Shown here piece after piece: positions 12,590-22,822 of a DNA stretch of 64,000 nt (the first letter of the stretch is position 1; each line of letters opens with the position of its first letter). The notes beneath the pieces were generated by a model. The model searched no databases, was not told where the DNA came from, and saw only the letters and a list, made by a program, of their open reading frames with translations. Made by a program: the position numbers and the translations under genes. Source of the DNA: Craspedostauros australis (Eukaryota); assembly GCA_030167865.1 (NCBI GenBank), contig JALAGF010005467.1, positions 1 through 64,000 on the forward strand. The letters run 5' to 3'.

Positions 12590-15145
12590 TCGGGGATGGT
12601 GATGACAGTGAGTCCGTTGCCACCACCATGCAAGCGATGCAGATGGCACCAATCATCCTCTTTTGATGCATCGACGATGCCATTGGTTTCACTGTTGTCA
12701 TTGCTGTGATTCTTCTGGTTGCGGCTGTCTCTGTGGTTGGGCGATCAATGAGTGAGGAACCAAGTCAACCAGCCGGCATCGTTCGAAGTCTCTCTAGAAG
12801 CAGAGAGATAGAGGCAGAGAGAGTGTGTTGGTATGCGTGCTCTGTGGATACACACTTAATGGCAGCGGTGATCATCATGTGAGCGTTACGGTTGTGACCA
12901 TCCGCATCAGTATTCTGCAACGATGTCCGCAGCACCATGACCATCGTCATCGCCACAGAGTTCGCAATGATTGAGTGAGGCGAGATGAGTCCTGGATACG
13001 CTTGTCGTCGATTGAAACACGAATGGTGTCATCATCGTCATCGCCATCGTCATGTTCTCGACAAAACGCGGGAAACGCCTCTGATTTCCACGGAAGAAGT
13101 CATCGTGGTGGATTCTCCACATCGCGGACCAGCCCATCGGAGCCGCCCGATAGCATCCAACTCCCGAAGAACTGTATCGATCGGAGAAGTTTCGTGGTTG
13201 ACTCCCCCAAGACCATCACAGAGGGATGTACTCATATTACACGGTCTATGGTATCACATAAAGAAGCGCAACTGCACAGCGTGGACAAGTTGGGCACCAT
13301 CGAAGGTCGTATCGTGCGAGCGGGCGAGCTGGGCAGCTTCGGATCATGATGTGAATATCCACGGTCGTACCTTGCCATACCACACCACACACCTTGGTGG
13401 AACTGCACAAGTCCATGAAGGCGTGTTGACTGATGGTAGATCCCTTCGTGATGAATGCACAGGATCATGAAATGGAGGACAGCAAACTTGAGCAGATGAG
13501 CTCATAATCGCCATCCAACCGCAACTGATTTGGGACTACATACTCCGCCTGCTCCACCTGCTGTGCAACCAACACTATCGACAGCCCCCACAATAACCAG
13601 CATTGACAACACATAGCAGGATGAACCGCAACATGGATGCCGTCGCCAACATCAATGCCAACAGCCATCATGATCCGGACTTCAAGATTTTCTGGAAGCA
13701 ACTCCAGGGCAAAGAGCTGTCACCGAAGACCGTGTTCACTCCACAGTGCACACCAGCAGAGCAGATGGAGTGCTACAGTGTCACACCCAAGCGGATGGAA
13801 CACTGGAACATGGCCATCGAAGCAGGATTCACCTTTGCTGACTTGGAATCGATGGTGAAGCGGCACAAGCACGTTGCTGTATCACCTCATGTTCTACTGA
13901 GCGTTAGGTATTTCAAGGTCTGTTGGCAGATGTACATTCGATCCCTTGGTCTGGAATTCGGCTGCGATGACCAATTCGGAGAAGAAGACAAGCAAGTGAT
14001 TCGATTCGTAATTCGATTGGCTGCCCAACACCCACCCAAATATGCATTCGACAAAGGCATCAGCTTGGCTCAACACTTCGTGAAGATGAAGCAGCTCCAC
14101 GATATCCCTCTTGTGACACATCGTGTGCATTTGTGCTCATGTGATCTTGTTGATTGCGACAAGCTCATGTTCAACATCTCCCAAAACTCCAAATACGCTG
14201 TGTTTCAAAAATGTAAGCTCGCCAATGGGGGTGCTGATTTGTGCAGGTGGCTGTCTCCACACAATTGCAGCATCACCGAAGTATCCTTTTTAGACACCCG
14301 TGTCAGTTGCGATAGCTTGGCAAAGCTATTCCAGTCAAACAAGCGCATCAACAAGTTCAACATCACTTTCTATGGGGACTACGGCGCCCAAGACATCTAC
14401 TCGCGACAAGAAATCGATCGAATCATCCAACTCCTTTCAAATGCATCACACCTGAAGAAGCTTTGGGTTTTCGGTATTTGGGTTGGGATATCGGAGCCAG
14501 ATCAGGATGCAATGTTCGACACATTGATATCGCTCCTCGGAAACAAGACCTTGTCATCTCTCGAATACCGTCACTATGGGGATCCCGACATGTTTGAGGT
14601 TCCACCCGAGACCCTCTCGGCACAAATGGAAGCACTTCAGCAAGCCTTGGAGGAAACTACCAATCTCACCTATCTCGACATTTCTCCACGCCCGCCCAAC
14701 GAACATGGCCGTGTGTACAAGGCACTTGTTGGACGCATCTTGCAGCGAAATCATCGCAACAAGGTGAGAGCAGTGCTGTGTTCCCTTCCGACGTGGTCGC
14801 GGCCACTGGCCTTGTTTGGGGAGATGCTGATGAGAACAAACAAACATGGGGGTATGATGGGTTCCACCAATGAGACTTTCCATCTTCTGTTGCAGGGCAG
14901 TGAGATGTTGAAGCGGACATGAGATGACAGGAGAGCGGATCCGCTCGTCTGAGTTCATGGTGCTTCTGCTTGTTGTGTGGAAAAGAAAGGCACAGCGATG
15001 ATTGATGCGATCCTGGATGGCCTTGGAGTACTCTGGTCGTCGAATAATTAGAACAGAGAATGAAGACAGTATTGATACTCTGGTGCATGTGAGTGTGTTC
15101 TTGTATGAGCTGGATGGAACAAGGGAGATGGTTGGGTGATTGTGA
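12590..15145 (+). repeat. Duplicated unit 2
   Basis: Homology with unit 3 runs from GGGGATGGT.ATGACAGTGAGT to GGAACAAGGGAGATGGTTGG in the 3' flank. Boundaries approximate. Confidence 0.9.
13621..14922 (+). CDS. RNI-like LRR protein, paralogue 2 (433 aa; tail shortened by TGG>TGA)
   Basis: Open over the whole LRR body. The stop aligns with Trp of WDD in copies 1 and 3. Confidence 0.8.
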   Translation: MNRNMDAVANINANSHHDPDFKIFWKQLQGKELSPKTVFTPQCTPAEQMECYSVTPKRMEHWNMAIEAGFTFADLESMVKRHKHVAVSPHVLLSVRYFKVCWQMYIRSLGLEFGCDDQFGEEDKQVIRFVIRLAAQHPPKYAFDKGISLAQHFVKMKQLHDIPLVTHRVHLCSCDLVDCDKLMFNISQNSKYAVFQKCKLANGGADLCRWLSPHNCSITEVSFLDTRVSCDSLAKLFQSNKRINKFNITFYGDYGAQDIYSRQEIDRIIQLLSNASHLKKLWVFGIWVGISEPDQDAMFDTLISLLGNKTLSSLEYRHYGDPDMFEVPPETLSAQMEALQQALEETTNLTYLDISPRPPNEHGRVYKALVGRILQRNHRNKVRAVLCSLPTWSRPLALFGEMLMRTNKHGGMMGSTNETFHLLLQGSEMLKRT

Positions 15146-15233
15146 TTGCGTGCGGTAGTTGGTGAGAAGTATGGAATGTCTATTAACAGACAGCGAAAGC
15201 GTCCACAGAACCTATCTGCACCACATCACGATT

Positions 15234-16830
15234 TCACATCGCGATTTCACACTGCTCCACGCATTCTCGTATCCTCGGAACGGCAGCATCCAGAAAGATC
15301 TTCTTCGCAACGCCCGTCTTGCCAATGGTGAAGACGAACACATCCCGGAACTTGGTCAACAGTCCCGACGAGGCCTCCAGGTATCCCAGCAGACCAGCCT
15401 TGGCTGTGGTGGTCGTGACGTCCGTGATGGTCGCGATGGTGGACCATCGCTTGTCATTGTATTCTGTCTGCAGGATGTCTTCGAGGCTGTTCTCACCATT
15501 GGCTCGTTCATCGTACTGCATATTGTATTGACGAATGCGTTGGCCAGAAAGTAGGCGTCTTGGATGGCCTGATTGGCGCCCTGTCCAAGGAACGGTGGCA
15601 TGGACATGCGCTGCATCACCACAGACAGTCAGGATGGCGCCCTTGTCTGCGCCGGTGCTTCCATTGCGGTTGCGGTTATCGTTGGTGGCCACCATCGCCT
15701 TGGTCCATCGCACAAAGGGACTGTGGAAGTAGATCCCCAACGCGAAAAAGCGATCGGCATTACCCATGAGTTGGTCAATGATGGACCTTGTGGTGTGCGT
15801 GGGGATCTTGGCATCATCAATCTGCTGTCGCATCTGTTGCTGGATGCGTTTGGCCTCGGATGATGCCTTCTAAGCGACGTTCTCGTCATCCTTGCTGACG
15901 GCGGGTTTGGAGAAGGGCAAGGCGTTGCGGAAGACGATGAAGCAGCATCGGGTGGTGCCGCGCTTGATACCATTACTGCAGTTGTCAGTGAGGCAGTGAG
16001 TGCCGTTGCCAAAGTGTTGCTGCAGGACGGAATCTTGTGCAGTTTTGTTCGTTCCGTCGTCTCTACTACCGCTGCCGCTGCTACTATCGCTGTCCTCTTT
16101 GGCGACATCCTGGATGGCGTACCGGATGCGAATACCGGAGTACACAGCTGGCGAATTGCGTTGATTGTCTGATGGCGACCGCGCATCACCGTTGATGTAC
16201 TGTTTGACGACGCTATCGACACCATCACAGCCCACCACCATATCGTACGGCCCTTCCCTCATCCCGTCCTGAAATGTGAGATGGATGGCATCTCGCTTCT
16301 CCGTCTTTTCACATTCCACATTCATCACCTGCTTGAATTGATGCACGGGCATCGTCTTCAGCTCCTCCAGCGGCACCTCCTGCAACGCTCCTCGCATGAT
16401 GGAGTATGGTACGCCATGACTCCACCGTCCTCCTGGATCATCGCTTTCGTCGTGTCGCCGCCCGCATCCATGATCATCTGTCTGAGATTGAAGTGCAGCA
16501 GCTGAAACTCCTCGTTGGATGAGATCCAGATGGTGGTCTTGGATCGCACGGTCGTCAACGGCAGCGCGGCATCGGCCACCGTGCGCTGCAGGGACGGAGA
16601 GATCTGCTTCAGTACCGCCATGCCACCGTTGAGTTGCGCGCCCGCACCTGCGACGACGTCCAATTCTGGTCTCGCATTGAAGCATGTCACATCAATGTTG
16701 TGTGCATCGTTGCCGTTGTTGTTTTCGAAAGCATGCGCCAAGGAGAGACCGACGATGCCACCATCGATGACTGCGACCTTCCGTATTGGTTGGTGATTCC
16801 CATTCCCGTTGCTGTTGCTGCTTCTGTGTT
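15234..16830 (-). pseudogene. FAD-dependent monooxygenase pseudogene (FAD_binding_3 / aromatic hydroxylase type)
   Basis: KVAVIDGGIVGLSLA (altered Rossmann motif), DMVVGCDGVDSVV and CGDAAH/MPPFLGQGANQAIQDA are split across frames. Frameshifts near 16410, 15600 and 15540; in-frame TAG at 15872-15870. Confidence 0.9.
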
Positions 16831-16844
16831 GAACGAAGATGGTG

Positions 16845-19530
16845 GGGATGGTTATGACAGTGAGTTCGTTGACACCACCATGCACGCAATGCAGATGGCA
16901 CCAACCATCCTCTTTTGATGCATCAACCACGTTGTTGGTGTCATTGATGCCAATGCTGCCGTTGCTGTGATTCTTCTGGTGGTGGCTGTCTCTGTGGTTG
17001 GGCGATCAATGAGTGAGGAACCAAATCAACCAGCCGACAGTGTCCGAAGTCTCTCTCAAGAAGCAGAGAGAGAGAGAGAGAAGCAGAGTATTGGTATGCT
17101 CTGTGAATAGATACTTGACGTCGGCGTTGAGCATCGTTGAGCATTGCGGTTGTGACGATCTGCATCAGTATTCTACAGCGATGTCTGCATCACCACCATG
17201 GCCATCATCGTCATCGCCACAGAGTTCGCAATGATTGGGTGAGGCGAGATGAGTCCTGGATACGTTTGTTGTGGATTGAAACACGAGTGGTGTCAACATC
17301 GTCATCGTCATCGTCATCATCCTCTTGGCGAAACGTGAGAAACGCCTCTCTGATGCCGACCGAAGAAGTCATCGTGGTGATTCCTTCACATCGTGGATTC
17401 TTCACATCGTGGGTCCGCCCATCGGAGTCGTTCGATGACATGCAACTGCCGAAGAACTGTATCGATCGGAGTAATAGTATCGTGGTTGACTCCCCCAAGA
17501 CCATCACAAAGGGATGTACTCATGTTACATGAACTATGGTATCACATGAAGAGGCACAACTGCACAACGTGGCCAAGTTGGGCATCATCGAAGGTCGTAT
17601 CGTGTGTGCGAGCGAACTAGCCAGCTTCGGATCGTGATTTGCCTGTCCACGGTCGTACCATACCACCATACCACGCCACGCAACGCCATACACTGTGGTG
17701 GAACTGCGCAAGTCCATGCAGGCGTGTTGACTGACGATACGTTGCTTCGTGATGATCAATGCACAGGATCATGAAATGGAGGACAGCAAACTTCAGCAGA
17801 TGAGCTCATAATCGCCATCCAAGCGCAACTGATTTGGGACTACATACTCTATTAGCTCTACCTGTTCTACTCGCCAACAGGGACGGCCACCAACAGCAGT
17901 AACAAACAGCAACAGCAGAAACAACTGCGACAACAGCGACAAGACAAGGATGAACCACAACATGGATGCTGTCGCCAACACCAATACCAACAGCGATCAT
18001 GATCCAGACTTCAAGACTTTCTGGAAACAACTCCATCGGAAATGGTGGATCCCGAAGACCGTGTTCAATGTGCAGAGTTTTCCAAGACAGCAGATCGACT
18101 GCTGCAGTGTCACACCCAAACGGATGGAACACTGGAACATGGCCATCGAAGCAGGATTCGCCTTTGCTGCCTTGGAATCGATGGTGGTGCGGCACAAGAA
18201 CGTTGCTTTATCACCTCGTGTTCTACTGAGCGAATCGTTTCTTCAGAACTGCGGATGGATGGGTATTGGATCCCTGTATCTGAACTTTGGCAGCAATGAC
18301 CAATTCGGAGAAGAAGACAAGCAAGTGATTCGATTCGTAATTCGATTGGCTGCCGAACATTCACTCAAATCTCCATTCGATGAAGGCATCCGCTTGACTC
18401 AAAGCTTCGTGGAGATGAAGCAGCTCCACGATATCCCTCTTGTGACACATCGTGTGCATTTGTGCTCATGCGATCTTGTTGATTGCGACAAGCTCATGTT
18501 CAATATCTCCCAAAACTCCAAATGGGCTTTGTTTCATATGTGTAAGCTCGCCAATGGGGGCGTCGATTTGTGCAGGTGGATGTCTCCAGACAACTGCAGC
18601 ATCACTAAAGTATTCTTTGTATGCAACCCTATCAGTTGCGATAGCTTGGCAAAGCTATTCCAGTCAAACAAGCGCATCAACAAGCTCACCATCGCTTTCT
18701 GTTCGGCCCACGGCGCCGAACAAGTCTACTCACAACAAGAAATGGACCAGCTCATCAAACTTCTTTCGGATACATCACACCTGAAGCAGCTCGGTGTTTC
18801 CGGTATTTGGAACGGGCTATCGCGACAAGAACAGGATACGAGGTTCGACCATTTGGTATCGCTCCTGGGAAACAAGAGCTTGTCATCTCTGGCATGTGAT
18901 GGCTGTTGGCATCCCACCATTTTTCAAGTTCCGCCCGAGACCCTCTCGGGACAAATGGAAGCACTTCAGCAAGCCTTGGAGCGGACTACCCAACTCACCT
19001 ATCTCCACATTCGACCATGCCCGCCTGCCGAACATGCCCATTCGTACAATACGTTTGTTGAATGTAGCTTGCGGCGAAATCATCGCAACAAGGTGAGAGC
19101 AGTGATGTGTTCCCTTCCGACATGGCCGCGGCCACTGGCTCTGTTTGGGGAGATGCTGATGAGAACAAGCAAACATCGGGGTCTACTGGATGCATTGGGT
19201 CGAGAGGGTACAATGGATGCAGTGGGTCTAATGGGTGAAATGGATCCCATGAGCGAGACTTTCCATCTTCTACTGCAGGGCAGTGAGACGTTGAAACAGG
19301 CGTGGGATGACAAGAGAGCGGATCGGCTCGTCCGAGTTGATGATCCTTCTGCCCGCTTTGTGGACAAGGAAGGCACATCGATGATTGATGCGATCCTGCG
19401 TTGCCTTGGAGCACTCTGCTCATCGAATAGCAAGAACAGCGCATGAAGACAGTATTGATACTCTGGTGCATGTGAGTGTGTTGTTGTGCAAATAGGATGG
19501 AACAAGGGAGATGGTTGGTTGATTGATTGG
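16845..19530 (+). repeat. Duplicated unit 3
   Basis: Colinear with units 1 and 2. Followed at 19546-19572 by another copy of a 27-mer from its own 5' part. Confidence 0.9.
17950..19446 (+). CDS. RNI-like LRR protein, paralogue 3 (498 aa)
   Basis: Intact ORF with the longest C-terminal tail and a repeat-derived insertion (GLLDALGREGTMDAVGLMGEMDPM). Confidence 0.8.
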   Translation: MNHNMDAVANTNTNSDHDPDFKTFWKQLHRKWWIPKTVFNVQSFPRQQIDCCSVTPKRMEHWNMAIEAGFAFAALESMVVRHKNVALSPRVLLSESFLQNCGWMGIGSLYLNFGSNDQFGEEDKQVIRFVIRLAAEHSLKSPFDEGIRLTQSFVEMKQLHDIPLVTHRVHLCSCDLVDCDKLMFNISQNSKWALFHMCKLANGGVDLCRWMSPDNCSITKVFFVCNPISCDSLAKLFQSNKRINKLTIAFCSAHGAEQVYSQQEMDQLIKLLSDTSHLKQLGVSGIWNGLSRQEQDTRFDHLVSLLGNKSLSSLACDGCWHPTIFQVPPETLSGQMEALQQALERTTQLTYLHIRPCPPAEHAHSYNTFVECSLRRNHRNKVRAVMCSLPTWPRPLALFGEMLMRTSKHRGLLDALGREGTMDAVGLMGEMDPMSETFHLLLQGSETLKQAWDDKRADRLVRVDDPSARFVDKEGTSMIDAILRCLGALCSSNSKNSA

Positions 19531-21445
19531 GAGGTGTTCACTTGTGATCAATGAGTGAGGAACCAAGTCAACAAGTCATCATTGTCCTCAAGGGGAGGCC
19601 AATTTTTGGTAGCCTTTGGTAACAAGTGGTATTTAGTCGCATGAGTCAATTGTGACGTAGACGCTGGTACATGTTGCACGTCAGTCCCACTCGAAGACGC
19701 CCAAAAAACACCTTGTCTGCCACAAACCTCCTCGGCAAGTCCATGCTGCTCAGTTTGTTTGAGCTCTCCTTTCGTGATCACTCCCATGTGTGGCTTTTTA
19801 TCACCCTCTCCGGCTTTGGTGGTGATTGGTTGGGTAGTTGTGGAGATCTGTTCGTTTCTCTGGAGCCGCCACTCGTTCTCGCCATTCACGAATGCCAATC
19901 ATCGCGATGTATCGTGGCGAATTTCTGTGTGCCCCAGCGCGTGTGAACACGCGGTGGAAATGATCCAATACAATGTGGTACCGACCGATGCGTTCCTCAC
20001 ATGCTACGATCAGTTCCTTATAGCCTGGTATCATCCATTGTGAATTCGTTCATCGTATAGCATTGTAGTTGATGATATGGTTAATAGGTTCTACAATAGC
20101 GTTCCAGTTCTTCTCCGGAATACCGTACACCAGAAACCTTCTTGGCAACGGCAACTTGGATGTATGTGTGCCGTTGCATCCATCCTGCTTGGGGGAGCAA
20201 TGATCCCTTGGATAGCAGCAGCACACAAGAGCAGTCCAGAATAGAGCAGAGTAGACTGTTTCACACCGAGGAGTTCAACCTCGTTATGCTCTGACCGCTC
20301 TTCATTGGATCCTCCGCATCGCTGAGCATGTGCAATTGCGCCGAGAATAATTTCCACGCAATGTGAGCACATTCTAGCATGTATCGCGTGCGCAAGGTAG
20401 AGGCAAGTGTTCGATTGACCATAGCGTCGCTGAATATCAGTCAAGAACATCAGGCTGCCTCCACAAAACGGTTCGAACGCGGTTTGATAGAGCACGAACA
20501 GCGACTGCGTCAACGACTTCACCCATCGCATGAGCGTGAGATAAGTGGCTAGTCTTTGCGAGGGTGTAGCAACCGGCGACAATGAAGACAGTTGTGGCAC
20601 GTGACCAGGAAGCGGTGTTTCCTCGCGAGGATAGTACGCGATGAAGTGACGAAAAACTTGCAACTGATATATCTTTGGAGGAAGTGAAGGACGAAGACCA
20701 AGACTACATGGGCAGGTAAAGGAGAGGATAATGCGTCTATTGAAAGCAACGGCACGATGATCCGACATCAGCGCGAGGCACAACCTTGCATCAAGTAGAG
20801 AGACTCAGGTGAGCAACGCAGTTCGAATCTACAACACGTAAAAACGCACGATATTTTTTGGCGCCAAGTGTTGTGCGTTCACGGATCGATGATCATGGCT
20901 GTCACGAGCATTAGTGACTGACTTCAAACACCAAAAGCAACACACAATAGCATTCTGGACTGCTGACCAGCACACCACCCGAAGCAGAATGAAGTGACGA
21001 ATACAGTCATGCCATTCACTTGAGCAATAGACGAAACAGAATTGGATGCGGGTCTTTGGAAGACAGTTGGTCGAGATTGGACGAAGAAGCAACAAATTTC
21101 TGTACCAGAACGTCGTAGACTCTACGCGGTTACCAATGGTTACCAACGAAAAGATCCGTATTCACGTCCATACGTCGTCCGTATGAAAAAGGCCGATAAA
21201 GGGTAAAAAGAGGCATCGAGATGAACAGGAAGCGGATACCGTTTGCCTACAATGAACACATCAACAGAGAGCTCTCACACCCCTCTTCCCAATGATGTGA
21301 AGATGTCAGGCAACGGCCATCAACTCATTGAATGGTTCCATGTGCCGTTGGTGATAGGCCAACAGTTACCAATAATTACCAAGAATCCCCAAACAAGCGA
21401 AAATTAGCAACTAGCTTCTAAAGAGTACTCGTGTCTGCTGATTCT

Positions 21446-22822
21446 CTACACAATGCCAGGCACGATCTTGTAGGGGACTTGGTCGCAGTACTGCTTCCAG
21501 TAGATGCCGTACTTCTTGGAGCAACGATCGTCGTCACGGTAGGCGCGATCGACGAGGAGGATGGTGAGGTAGACGACGTAGAAGTAGGGACCGACGAAGC
21601 CGGTGTTCCACGCAGGCAAGCTCCAGCACAGACTGGCGAGGATCTCGGGCATGTAATGGAAGTGACGCGAGATCTTCCACCACCCATCGACGAGGAGGAG
21701 GCTCTCGCGTTGGAGGCCGCCGCTGGTGGTGTACTGGGCGATGATCTTGTTGGGGATCTTACCCCAGATCTTGCACTGGCCCTTGGTCTGGCGGAAGACG
21801 TAGCGCTGGTTGTCGGAATCGTAGTTGATGAACACCATGGTGGCGCCGCACAGGAACAGGGCCACTGCGCCCGTGGGCGACCATTCGGGACAGTGCTCGA
21901 CGAGGTAGAAGGTGTGCGAGGTGTACACGGCCGGCACCCACACGAGGCATCCCCAGCACAGGTAGTATCCGGCGCGGTCGTGTTGGATGTCCATGGAGCA
22001 CATGTACCCCATCTCCCAGTAGTAGAACTTGGAGAGGTAGATGAGCTGGATGCCGACGTTGACGGCCATGCCCAGCTGCATGGTGCCGCCGTGCAGCTCC
22101 TGGTTCTTGTAGGCGAAGCACAGGATGCCGACGACCCAGAACATCATGCCGGCGCGGCAGTTGGTGAACATCTTGACGTCCCAACCGAGGATGTTGGGGT
22201 ACAGGTCCATGCCCCAGAAGAAGTCGTGCACCCAGGATCCGGTGGTGCCGCTGTCGGTGGTGGATGGGGAGACGTGTCCCTTGACGAGGAGCACCGTGCA
22301 AAGGGCCCAGGCGAAGATGTTCATGCTCGCCAGGATGTTGCCGAACTTGTCGTAGACCATGGAAGGGTTGAAGATGTCAAAGTAAGCCAGGCCAATGAGA
22401 GTGATGATGTTGACGATGTAGGCCTGCATTCCGTTGGCGGTGTACACGGGGATGTTGCCCTTGGGAGTCATGGTGGCCTTGAACTCCTTGCCGGGCAGGT
22501 ACTTTTGCAGGATGAGCTGGAAGCCGAGGTAGCAGCCGATCATCTTCCAGGTCGCGGGGTCGAACGAGTCCGGCCAGATGGTGTTCATGACAGTGACGAA
22601 GCCATTCTCAAGCACGAGCTGCGCAAAGCCGAGGAAGTTGCCGTTCATCTGGGTCACCACATGGTAGAAGATGATGGAGAACAGAGGAGTGGAGATCATC
22701 AGGAACAGAGGGCCGGCGGCGTCGCGTCCCGGAAGGGCGCCCGTTCCACCCGACCAGTCCTGCCATGTCTTGGCGCCATTCTCCTTGCCAGGCTTCGTTG
22801 GTGTTGACATCGACGTCGACAT
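21446..22822 (-). CDS. DHCR7: 7-dehydrocholesterol (sterol delta-7) reductase, ERG4/ERG24 family
   Basis: DFFWGMDLYP, DVKMFTNCRAGM, MDIQHDRAGYYLCWGCLVWVP, LLVDGWWKISRHFHY, RDDDRCSKKYG; multiple TM helices. Confidence 0.95.
   Translation of the reverse strand: MSTSMSTPTKPGKENGAKTWQDWSGGTGALPGRDAAGPLFLMISTPLFSIIFYHVVTQMNGNFLGFAQLVLENGFVTVMNTIWPDSFDPATWKMIGCYLGFQLILQKYLPGKEFKATMTPKGNIPVYTANGMQAYIVNIITLIGLAYFDIFNPSMVYDKFGNILASMNIFAWALCTVLLVKGHVSPSTTDSGTTGSWVHDFFWGMDLYPNILGWDVKMFTNCRAGMMFWVVGILCFAYKNQELHGGTMQLGMAVNVGIQLIYLSKFYYWEMGYMCSMDIQHDRAGYYLCWGCLVWVPAVYTSHTFYLVEHCPEWSPTGAVALFLCGATMVFINYDSDNQRYVFRQTKGQCKIWGKIPNKIIAQYTTSGGLQRESLLLVDGWWKISRHFHYMPEILASLCWSLPAWNTGFVGPYFYVVYLTILLVDRAYRDDDRCSKKYGIYWKQYCDQVPYKIVPGIV

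Noticed and set aside
8827..19446. Diversity-generating retroelement as the source of LRR variation
   Set aside because: No reverse transcriptase or template repeat in the window, and the substitutions are not adenine-specific.
20091..20783. 230-aa minus-strand ORF as a gene
   Set aside because: Non-ATG start and no recognisable motif; kept only as part of the unexplained tract.
21431..22807. 458-aa plus-strand ORF
   Set aside because: Antisense shadow of DHCR7, expected from GC-rich third codon positions.
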